45,145 nucleotides of DNA from a candidate division WWE3 bacterium. Lineage in GTDB: Bacteria > Patescibacteriota > WWE3 > UBA101185 > UBA10185. The stretch is taken from contig PXDX01000075.1 in NCBI GenBank assembly GCA_003564915.1, positions 1-45,145 of the forward strand. The letters run 5' to 3'. The first letter of the stretch is position 1. Each line of letters starts with the position of its first letter. A program made the translations under genes and the position numbers. This document shows, piece after piece, positions 8,379 through 16,060 of this stretch. The notes beneath the pieces were generated by a model. The model was not told the DNA's origin. It did not search any database and saw nothing but the letters and a program-made list of their open reading frames with translations.

Positions 8379-9518
8379 CCTGACGTACGAAGATGAGACC
8401 CAGCCTTCTTGATCTGCGGATATCCTTATTTTTACCCATCCCGTTAGTTCCTCTAGAACGGAAAAAGTTTCACCCTCGTTAACTCTGCTTATTTCGCTAG
8501 CATTTAGGCTTGGGCTTTCTCTTACCCTTAACCAGCCCGTGCCGGTTGGTAAAACCGTCGCCATTTTGGAATCAAAAATCGCCAGATAAGTCTGCCTTGC
8601 GTTTTCGGTTAAACCTCCTCCCATTGCCCCCACTCCCAAATACCCTCCCCTCCTCGTCTCGGGGATGACTTCCTGAGCCTCCTCCAATGTTAAAAGAACT
8701 CCGTCAGAATTGAATATGTTGCCCATATAGTCCAAATAATAATCAAAATCTTCCATGTCCTCCTCGATACCGAAATCCACGCCCCTGGTTTCATAGTAAT
8801 AGGAAGTTGCTCTAGCTCTCTCAAAAGAACCGGCAATGGTTTCATCGCTTATTGTTAGATCCCAAAGATTCTCAGAATCATCGAATCTTTTCGGATTTTG
8901 AGGTGCGGGACGCGGAAATAGTTGAACCGAGACTTTCAAATTATGCCCGCTAAGAGTAGTAATCCTCATATCATGGGAATCATATCCGGGGGAATATAAC
9001 GCTAGTTCATACTCTCCTTCGGTAACATCGTCCAGTGATAAGGGCGTCATTCCCATCTCCGTACCGTCCAAATAAACCGTAGCTCCCGATGGTTGGGAGA
9101 TAACGGTCATTCCCGTTCTTCCTTTCTCGAACCAGATATCCCTTCCCTCCGAAAATAAGCTGGAAACTCCCAGATCCCTGTATACTAGAGCGCCCGTGTT
9201 AGGTGCCGGATCCATGCTTATTGAGTAAGTTCTAGTTGGATCTGATACTGATTGTAAAGTAATATTCTCAAGTTCCACAATATCCATATCTTCTATTGGA
9301 GTTATACCTACTTCTTCACCGTCTATCAATACTATCGCTTCTTCCCCCCAGGTCTTTACCGTTAAATTAGAGTTTTGTCTTAAGGAGGGCATTCTCTGCA
9401 TTCCTATGGAAACAGCATAAGTTATACCTCCCAAGGCTATGAAAAGAAATACATATATTAGAAAGGGCTTTATCCTGTTAAAAAAGCTATCTTCTTGATT
9501 TGCAATAGTAAAAGACAT
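8367..9518 (-). CDS. Membrane-anchored PEGA-domain plus C-terminal SH3b-domain protein
   Basis: PEGA-like segment: TVISQPSGATVYLDGTEMGMTPLSLDDVTEGEYELALYSPGYDS. SH3b-like segment: GWLRVRESPSLNASEISRVNEGETFSVLEELTGWVKIRI..EGWVSSSYV. The start is set at the ATG at 9518 (MSFTIANQ...) to avoid overlapping alaS. Confidence 0.6.
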   Translation of the reverse strand: MSFTIANQEDSFFNRIKPFLIYVFLFIALGGITYAVSIGMQRMPSLRQNSNLTVKTWGEEAIVLIDGEEVGITPIEDMDIVELENITLQSVSDPTRTYSISMDPAPNTGALVYRDLGVSSLFSEGRDIWFEKGRTGMTVISQPSGATVYLDGTEMGMTPLSLDDVTEGEYELALYSPGYDSHDMRITTLSGHNLKVSVQLFPRPAPQNPKRFDDSENLWDLTISDETIAGSFERARATSYYYETRGVDFGIEEDMEDFDYYLDYMGNIFNSDGVLLTLEEAQEVIPETRRGGYLGVGAMGGGLTENARQTYLAIFDSKMATVLPTGTGWLRVRESPSLNASEISRVNEGETFSVLEELTGWVKIRISADQEGWVSSSYVRLSQ

Positions 9519-9600
9519 TTGCACCCATAGTTTATCAGGAACTTGAAAAAAACTCAATGCTCGACAGGAAGGTTTTTTTCCTTTAATATTAGGAATATCT

Positions 9601-11433
9601 ATGCAAGAGACTACAAAAGATATTCTGAAAAAGTATATCAACTTCTTCAAAGAGAGGGAACATGTTGAAATACCTAATGTTTCTTTAGTACCGAAGAACG
9701 ATCCTACGCTTTTGTTTGTCAACTCAGGAATGTTTCCCTTGGTGCCTTATCTCATGGGAGAGCCCCACCCAGAGGGAGATAGGTTGGTAAATGTTCAGAG
9801 ATGCGTCCGCTTTGAGGATATTGAGGAAGTAGGAGATAATCGCCATACGACAGCTTTTCACATGTTGGGAAATTGGAGCTTGAACGATTATTTTAAAGAA
9901 AAGCAATTGGAGTGGGTCTACACGTTCTTGTTCGATGTTTTGAAGATTGAGCCGGCAAAGACTTATGCTTCAGTTTTTTCAGGGAACAAAGACGCTCCTA
10001 GAGATGAAGATACTCTTAAAATATTAAAGAAAATATTCTCTGACTATGGAATAGATCCGGTTGAAAATGAGCGCATATTTTTCCGGGAGGAAGATAATTG
10101 GTGGCAACGAGGGGATACGGTTGGAGAGCTGGGAGGTCCCGACAGTGAGATTTTTTATTATATTGGCGACAAAGAAATCCCAGATAAAGCTTTAGATCCC
10201 TCAAAAGATGAAGATATCCTTTTAGAAATTGGGAACTCTGTTTTCATGGAGTATGTTAAGACAGAAAACGGATGGAAACGTATGGGGAGGAAAAATGTTG
10301 ATTTTGGGGGTGGACTTGAGAGAATGGCATTAGTTTTGCAAGGTAAGAATGATATTTTTGAAACCGACAATTTTTGGCCTCTTATTGAAACGCTAGAGAA
10401 TATTTCCGGTCTTTCTTACGGGGAATCTATTGAGAGCACCCGGCATATGCGCATCATCGCGGACCATGTTAGGTCAGCGGTTTTTCTTGTTATGGACGGC
10501 GTAGAACCTTCTAATAAGGATCAGGGCTATATTTTAAGGCGCCTGATCCGAAGAATAGTTAGGTCAGGAAAAAGCTTGGGTTTAGACCGAGAGATCTCAA
10601 CGGAGCTAGCTTCTCTGGTAGTTGAAATGTTTAAGTGGTTATATCCGGAGCTGGAAGAGAAAGAGGGAGGTATAAAAGAGGTTTTTCAAAAGGAGGAGAA
10701 AAGGTTTAGAAGGTCTTTGAAAAGAGCCTCCAAGGAGATAGAGAAATATTTGGATCAATTGTCCCAAAAAGCGTCTGAAGAAGATCTGGCAAAACAGGCA
10801 TTTACTTTTTACCAATCTTTAGGTTACCCCGAAGAGATATTTTTAGAAGATCTGCGTGAGAGAGGTGTTTCTTTTGATACAAGAAAATTTTACGAGATAT
10901 ACCAGGATCTTTTGGAAGCACACAAGGAAAGATCCAGGAAAAGTGCGGCCGGACGTTTCAAAGGAGGTCTAGCTGATTCGGAAGAGAATACCGTTAAATA
11001 TCACACGGCAACTCACATTCTTCATGAAGCTCTCAGACGGGTTTTGGGCGATGATGTAGAGCAGAAAGGAAGTAATATCACAAGTGAGAGATTGAGATTT
11101 GATTTTTCTTTTCATAGACCTGTAACGGAAGAGGAGATAATTCAGATAGAGGGGATTGCCAATTCAATAATAAAATCAGATGTGCCCGTCAAATCAAAGA
11201 TTATGGGTAGCAAGGACGCTATAGCGCAAGGAGTAAATTTTTTATCGAACGAAAAATATGGAGATAAAGTAAAAGTTTATTTTGTCGGTGAATCGCTTGA
11301 GAAATCTTATAGCAAGGAGTTTTGCGGCGGTCCCCACGTGGATTCTACAGGTGAGCTGTCCTCTTTAAATATTTATAGGCAGAAAAAGATAGGGCGCGGA
11401 ACCATCAGGATATACGCAAAATTCGATCTGTAA
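9601..11433 (+). CDS. alaS: Alanyl-tRNA synthetase, short form (610 aa, no C-Ala domain)
   Basis: LLFVNSGMFPLVPYL and RCVRFEDIEEVGDNRHTTAFHMLGNWS mark the catalytic core. Editing-site motifs HTATHILHEAL and CGGPHV are present. Confidence 0.9.
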   Translation: MQETTKDILKKYINFFKEREHVEIPNVSLVPKNDPTLLFVNSGMFPLVPYLMGEPHPEGDRLVNVQRCVRFEDIEEVGDNRHTTAFHMLGNWSLNDYFKEKQLEWVYTFLFDVLKIEPAKTYASVFSGNKDAPRDEDTLKILKKIFSDYGIDPVENERIFFREEDNWWQRGDTVGELGGPDSEIFYYIGDKEIPDKALDPSKDEDILLEIGNSVFMEYVKTENGWKRMGRKNVDFGGGLERMALVLQGKNDIFETDNFWPLIETLENISGLSYGESIESTRHMRIIADHVRSAVFLVMDGVEPSNKDQGYILRRLIRRIVRSGKSLGLDREISTELASLVVEMFKWLYPELEEKEGGIKEVFQKEEKRFRRSLKRASKEIEKYLDQLSQKASEEDLAKQAFTFYQSLGYPEEIFLEDLRERGVSFDTRKFYEIYQDLLEAHKERSRKSAAGRFKGGLADSEENTVKYHTATHILHEALRRVLGDDVEQKGSNITSERLRFDFSFHRPVTEEEIIQIEGIANSIIKSDVPVKSKIMGSKDAIAQGVNFLSNEKYGDKVKVYFVGESLEKSYSKEFCGGPHVDSTGELSSLNIYRQKKIGRGTIRIYAKFDL

Positions 11434-11444
11434 CGCCTAATTTC

Positions 11445-11475
11445 TTGACACTCTTCACCTGAGAGTGCTATAAAT
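11445..11475 (+). promoter_or_regulatory. groESL promoter (-35 TTGACA, -10 TATAAAT) with an embedded CIRCE-like operator TTGACACTC-N9-GAGTGCTAT
   Basis: Read directly at 11445-11471. It matches 15/18 positions of the CIRCE consensus TTAGCACTC-N9-GAGTGCTAA with exact 9-nt spacing. It lies about 55 nt upstream of groES. Confidence 0.55.
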
Positions 11476-11525
11476 TACACTGCGAACATTTAGTAGTAAA
11501 TTACTTGTTTAGGAGAATATAAATT

Positions 11526-11819
11526 ATGAAAAAGATCAAACCTCTATTTGATTATCTATTGATAAAACCTTTGGAAGGAGAAACAACACTTCCTTCAGGT
11601 ATCGTGATCCCAGATAGCGCAAAAGAAAAGCCCCAAGAAGGTGAAGTTATTGCCGTGGGACCGGGCGTGAAGGATAAAGAAGGTAATTTGATAACGCCCG
11701 AAGTCGAAGTTGGGCAGACAGTCATGTATAAAAAATGGGGCGGAACGGAAGTTCAAATAGAAGGAGAGGAGCACATCTTGGTAAAAGAAGAAGATTTGCT
11801 TGCTGTCCTAGAAGATTAG
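11526..11819 (+). CDS. groES: Co-chaperonin GroES
   Basis: 97 aa, containing KPLFDYLLIKP...LPSGIVIPDSAKEKPQEGEVIAVGPG. An AGGAGA RBS lies upstream. Confidence 0.95.
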   Translation: MKKIKPLFDYLLIKPLEGETTLPSGIVIPDSAKEKPQEGEVIAVGPGVKDKEGNLITPEVEVGQTVMYKKWGGTEVQIEGEEHILVKEEDLLAVLED

Positions 11820-11850
11820 TTGATTATTTATTAAGGAGAAGGAGGTCATT

Positions 11851-13506
11851 ATGGCAGCAAAAAATATTATTTATGATGAGGAAGCACGTCAAAAGCTTAA
11901 AGGAGGTATAGATAAATTGGCCAGAGCAGTGGGAACTACTTTGGGACCAAAAGGTAAAAACGTTGGTTTGGCGCAAAGCTGGGGTTCGCCACAAGTGGTG
12001 CACGACGGTGTAACCGTAGCGAAGGAGATAGATTTAAAGGATCCGTTTGAGGATATGGGCGCTCAGCTGGTAAAAGAGGCCGCAACTAAAACGAATGACG
12101 TTGCAGGGGATGGTACTACAACAGCTACTTTGTTAACTCAAGCCATAGTTGATGAGGGTTTGAAAAATATATCTGCCGGTGCAAACCCCATGATTTTAAG
12201 GCATGGGCTGGAAAAAGCCACTAAGGTCGTTGTGGAAGCAATAAAAGATCTGTCTGTGGAGATATCGACTCGTGAAGAGCGTGCGCAGGTAGCCACAATA
12301 TCAGCTCAGGATGAGGAGATTGGAAATACTATAGCTGAAGCTATGGAGAAGGTCGGACAGGATGGAGTATTGACGGTAGGAGAGTCTAAAGGGTTGGAAC
12401 TGGAATTGGAGTATAAAGAAGGGATGATGTTCAACAAAGGATATGCTTCCCCCTATTTTGTGACCGATTCTGAAAAGATGGTGGCGGAGATAGAAGATCC
12501 CTACCTTTTAGTAACCGATTTGAAGATAACCAATATTCAAGAATTGTTACCAATGCTCGAAAATCTAGTAAAGGTTTCCAAGAACTTGGTTATATTAAGC
12601 GAGGGTATGGAAGGAGAGGCTTTAGCCACCTTGGTTGTCAATAAACTGAGAGGAACTTTCAATGCCTTGGCTGTTGAAGCTCCGGGATTTGGTGAAAGAA
12701 GGAAAGCCATGTTGGAGGATATCGCTATCTTATCCGGTGCAACTTTTATTAGTGAGGATACGGGAAGAAAGCTAGATTCAGTTGCTGTGGATGATCTGGG
12801 TAGAGCGGAGAAAGTTCTTTCTACTAAAGATGAAACAACGATTGTAGGTGGGCAAGGAGATAAGGAGAAGATTGACGCTAGAATAGCTCAGATAAAGGCA
12901 CAGATGGAAGCTTCAGATTCCGATTACGATAGAGATAAGTTAAAAGAGCGAATGGCAAAGCTTTCCGGTGGTGTAGCCGTTATTAATGTTGGGGCCGCAA
13001 CAGAGACCGAATTGAAAGAAAAGAAGCACAGAGTTGAAGATGCGGTCAATGCAACCAGAGCAGCTGTAGAAGAAGGGATAGTTCCCGGTGGTGGAGTAGC
13101 TTTGTTTAGAGCAAGAGAAGAAGTAAAGAAGCTGGAACTGATCAATGATGAGGAAACGGGGGCAAATATTCTTTATGCGGCTCTTAGTAGGCCAATTCGT
13201 AAGCTAATTGAGAATTCCGGAAGGGATCCCGGTGAGGTTTTGGCTGGAATGAAAGCTTTATCGGAAAGCACGGATTTCAAGGGCAAAGAAGAAAACATCG
13301 GATTCAACGTTATGACCATGGAGTACGGAGACATGATATCTCAAGGTATCATAGATCCCGCTAAAGTCGTAAGAAGCGCTCTTCAAAATGCCGTTTCAGT
13401 TGCTATGATGGTTTTGACCACTGATTGTTTGATAGCTGAGGAACCAAGCGAAGATGAGGATAATCTTCCTGCAGGAGGGATGGGTGGAATGCCCGGGATG
13501 ATGTAG
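11851..13506 (+). CDS. groEL: Chaperonin GroEL
   Basis: 551 aa, containing [11 protein letters not shown], the [13 protein letters not shown]-like segment [12 protein letters not shown], and the [10 protein letters not shown] tail. Confidence 0.97.
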   Translation: MAAKNIIYDEEARQKLKGGIDKLARAVGTTLGPKGKNVGLAQSWGSPQVVHDGVTVAKEIDLKDPFEDMGAQLVKEAATKTNDVAGDGTTTATLLTQAIVDEGLKNISAGANPMILRHGLEKATKVVVEAIKDLSVEISTREERAQVATISAQDEEIGNTIAEAMEKVGQDGVLTVGESKGLELELEYKEGMMFNKGYASPYFVTDSEKMVAEIEDPYLLVTDLKITNIQELLPMLENLVKVSKNLVILSEGMEGEALATLVVNKLRGTFNALAVEAPGFGERRKAMLEDIAILSGATFISEDTGRKLDSVAVDDLGRAEKVLSTKDETTIVGGQGDKEKIDARIAQIKAQMEASDSDYDRDKLKERMAKLSGGVAVINVGAATETELKEKKHRVEDAVNATRAAVEEGIVPGGGVALFRAREEVKKLELINDEETGANILYAALSRPIRKLIENSGRDPGEVLAGMKALSESTDFKGKEENIGFNVMTMEYGDMISQGIIDPAKVVRSALQNAVSVAMMVLTTDCLIAEEPSEDEDNLPAGGMGGMPGMM

Positions 13507-13532
13507 AATTCTCGCGCATAAATTAGATAAAG

Positions 13533-13566
13533 AAAAAGGACTCCGCTTAGCGGAGTCCTTTTTTGT
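13533..13566. terminator. Bidirectional intrinsic terminator between the convergent groEL and hsp20 genes
   Basis: AAAAA-GGACTCCGC-TTA-GCGGAGTCC-TTTTTT. This is a perfect 9-bp GC-rich stem (13538-13546 / 13550-13558) flanked by an A-run and a T-run. Confidence 0.75.
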
Positions 13567-13582
13567 TGTCTTTTTGTCTTTC

Positions 13583-14002
13583 CTACTTTTTGCTTTTTAC
13601 CTCAATCTTCTTAGCCCTTTCCTCTTCTGCTATAGGGATTTCAACTCTAAGAATTCCCTGATCGATCGACGCATCAGCTTTCTCTGCGTCTACGCTTCGA
13701 GGTAGATTTGTAGTGTATCGGAAGGATCTCTGGCGAGTTTCCCTATAAATTGCCTTTTTATCTTCTTTCTCTTCTTCTGTTTCCTGATGATCAGCTGCTA
13801 TTGTTAGTACATTGCCTTCGACCGATATATCAACTTCTTCTTCAGGAACGCCCGGAATTTGCGCCTCGACTACAACCGAATTCTCGGTTTCGTAAATGTC
13901 CAAACCCGTTTCACTTACATTGAAAGGCCAAGTAGGTTCAAGCCAATTTTCATCGTCGAAGAATGAAGTAGGAAAACGTCCTCTCCATCTAACTATTGCC
14001 AT
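13583..14002 (-). CDS. hsp20: Small heat-shock protein, Hsp20/alpha-crystallin family
   Basis: 139 aa, containing DIYETENSVVVEAQIPGVPEEEVDISVEGNVLTI...FRYTTNLPRSVDAEKADASIDQGILRVEIP. A strong AAGGAGGTGA RBS lies upstream. Confidence 0.9.
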   Translation of the reverse strand: MAIVRWRGRFPTSFFDDENWLEPTWPFNVSETGLDIYETENSVVVEAQIPGVPEEEVDISVEGNVLTIAADHQETEEEKEDKKAIYRETRQRSFRYTTNLPRSVDAEKADASIDQGILRVEIPIAEEERAKKIEVKSKK

Positions 14003-14040
14003 GAAATCACCTCCTTGCTAAGCAAACATTTACTTACCTA

Positions 14041-14075
14041 TTAGCAGTCTATAATGGAGAGTGCCATTTTGTCAA
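14041..14075 (-). promoter_or_regulatory. hsp20 promoter (-35 TTGACA) with a CIRCE-like operator ATGGCACTC-N9-GACTGCTAA
   Basis: The minus-strand reading of 14041-14075 is TTGACAAAATGGCACTCTCCATTATAGACTGCTAA. It matches 15/18 positions of the CIRCE consensus with exact 9-nt spacing. Confidence 0.45.
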
Positions 14076-14092
14076 GAACGCCGCAATAAAGG

Positions 14093-14980
14093 TCATAAAA
14101 GATTTTTATATTTGTCAATTATGACCTTGGATTTATCATATTTATTAAAATGTATCTTGTTATAGGATATGATTTCATTTTCAGAAGGACTTTTCATGTA
14201 CATTTTTTGTGTGAAAAAAGCGCATTTGTTAAAAACATCAAGAAGATTCTTTTTACTTTTATTTACGGGGTCAAATTTATAAATTGAAAAGTTAGGTGCG
14301 AATTTTGCTACCCAGGAGTTCACCGATAAAAATAACTCATAGCTACTATTTCTATTTATTACAGGATGTATCCTGGTAATCTCCGCAGACACATACACAT
14401 TTCTCTTATCATCGCTCTGAGAAAGGGCATTAATTTCCAGGTAGAGATTTGGGCAAACTTTTCCCGCTTGATCTTTCTCTGAAAAATATATTCCCCAGGC
14501 TTTAAGATAAAGGACTACCAGCATCCTGGTAAGCCAAACCCGATTCTTATCCGTAATTATCAGAATATCTATATCATCTTCATCTTTATAATTCGAGGCG
14601 GCCAAAGATCCCGTGAAACCCAAAAATCTTATCCAGGGTATTTTTTTTAATCTGAGAAGCTTTTTGGCGTATATATCCCTTATTTCTTTCGACTTTTCCA
14701 TTTTTTCCCCCCAATCAGAAGTTTCGGAATCCTGAATTTTATACGTTTCTTTATCTTTTTCCACAATCTTCTTGTTGACCAGAGACTTCAGAGAGGATCT
14801 TAAAGCCTCTCGTGTGGATCTTACATCCATGTATAAGGCAATTTGATAGAAGCTTAAGGGATATTTAAAAACAGCCGAATACTTCAAAGCTCTAATCACG
14901 GATCTCTCGACTTTGCTGGTTTTTAAGAGAGGAATGGTTCCTTTTTTATTTTTTAGGTTCATTTCTTTTATCAATATCAT
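14093..14980 (-). CDS. Hypothetical protein with a Pol-beta-type nucleotidyltransferase-like motif
   Basis: GFTGSLAASNYKDEDDIDILIIT fits the G-S...D-x-D NTase motif. The N-terminal region is wHTH-like. An alternative start is at 14962 (MNLKNKK). The gene overlaps the RNase H stop codon. Confidence 0.4.
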   Translation of the reverse strand: MILIKEMNLKNKKGTIPLLKTSKVERSVIRALKYSAVFKYPLSFYQIALYMDVRSTREALRSSLKSLVNKKIVEKDKETYKIQDSETSDWGEKMEKSKEIRDIYAKKLLRLKKIPWIRFLGFTGSLAASNYKDEDDIDILIITDKNRVWLTRMLVVLYLKAWGIYFSEKDQAGKVCPNLYLEINALSQSDDKRNVYVSAEITRIHPVINRNSSYELFLSVNSWVAKFAPNFSIYKFDPVNKSKKNLLDVFNKCAFFTQKMYMKSPSENEIISYNKIHFNKYDKSKVIIDKYKNLL

Positions 14981-15386
14981 CCAGGATATGGTTTACCATT
15001 TCATCGGCCTCTTTGTTTTTTTGCCTCTTAACATGGTTGTACTCTATAGAAATGAAATTTTTCTCCATTTCCCTTATGGTTTTGAAATACTTTTTTAAAT
15101 TTGCACTTTTTACCTTATATAGGCCGTTAAGCTGTTTGACTATTAGCTCGCTGTCAAGAATGCATGTTAGCTCTTTGATTTCCTCCAGAATGGCGGCTTT
15201 CATTCCCAGGATAAGGGCTTGATATTCCGCTTCGTTATTTGTTTTTATCCCTAAATATTTTCCTGCTTTTTTAAGGTTTTTCCCTTTGGGGTCCTTAATA
15301 ACGACTCCTGCTGCAGCAGGTCCGGGATTTCCACGGGATCCCCCGTCGGTAAAGAGAGTGTAACTTTTGCCGTTATTTTTTGACAC
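14946..15386 (-). CDS. rnhA: Ribonuclease HI family protein
   Basis: The DEDD-type pattern is present: LFTDGGSRGNPGPAAAGVVI...NNEAEYQALILGM...LDSELIVKQLNG...NKEADEMVN. Confidence 0.8.
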   Translation of the reverse strand: MSKNNGKSYTLFTDGGSRGNPGPAAAGVVIKDPKGKNLKKAGKYLGIKTNNEAEYQALILGMKAAILEEIKELTCILDSELIVKQLNGLYKVKSANLKKYFKTIREMEKNFISIEYNHVKRQKNKEADEMVNHILDDIDKRNEPKK

Positions 15387-15387
15387 C

Positions 15388-15999
15388 TTATCTCTCCTTT
15401 AGATACTCTTTTACCCCTAAATATAAAGTGCCAAGTCCAAGTGTGACCAACGCTCCTACTGAGGAAAATACATAAAGTGTTTCCGGAACCTCCCTTACTA
15501 AAGGAACTTCCTGTAGCGGGATTGTACTAATATTTGGATCCCCATCCTCAACCAGAATTTCAGCTAATTCCAAAAGAACGGAGTTAAGAACTGACCAGGT
15601 TTCCGTTAATTTCGCGGTTTCATTTGATTTAATCTCAACTTTTATTAATTGGGGACCCGTTTCCTTGACTCTATAGTTTTTCCTGAATTTGCGCAGACTC
15701 TTGCGATTCACTTCAATACCTAGCTCTCTTAGAAGCATCGCTTGGAATTCTTCGGTTTCCATTATCCCTCTTACGGTTCTGGTGTGAGACAGAGCGGTTT
15801 GCTGATTATAATAACCGGAGTAAGTGTAGAATTCGTCGCTGATCTCTGCTTCTCTGGTTATGAAAAACAGTCCTGACCCAATGTATTTTTCCGGAATTAC
15901 ATAAAAAACGAGCGCTCCCAGAAGCCCTCCCGCGATCAATAGACCAATCAATATAGTTGAATTATGTTTTATGAAATGGATCATATCCTTTAAATCCAT
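15388..15999 (-). CDS. Wzz/CpsC-like polysaccharide chain-length-determinant-type protein (short)
   Basis: 203 aa with one TM helix at each end flanking a helical extracytoplasmic segment. The N-terminus (STILIGLLIAGGLLGALVFYVIPEKY) resembles the Wzz N-terminal domain. Confidence 0.45.
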   Translation of the reverse strand: MDLKDMIHFIKHNSTILIGLLIAGGLLGALVFYVIPEKYIGSGLFFITREAEISDEFYTYSGYYNQQTALSHTRTVRGIMETEEFQAMLLRELGIEVNRKSLRKFRKNYRVKETGPQLIKVEIKSNETAKLTETWSVLNSVLLELAEILVEDGDPNISTIPLQEVPLVREVPETLYVFSSVGALVTLGLGTLYLGVKEYLKER

Positions 16000-16060
16000 G
16001 AAACCATTATATCGAATAAATTTTTGTTATATACTGGTATAGATGAATTGAACTGCCCCT

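Noticed and set aside
9519-9722. An N-terminal 68-aa extension of the PEGA/SH3 ORF that overlaps the alaS 5' end.
   Set aside because: The extension has no membrane or signal features, and it would overlap the divergent alaS coding region by 122 nt. The internal ATG at 9518 directly precedes the TM helix.
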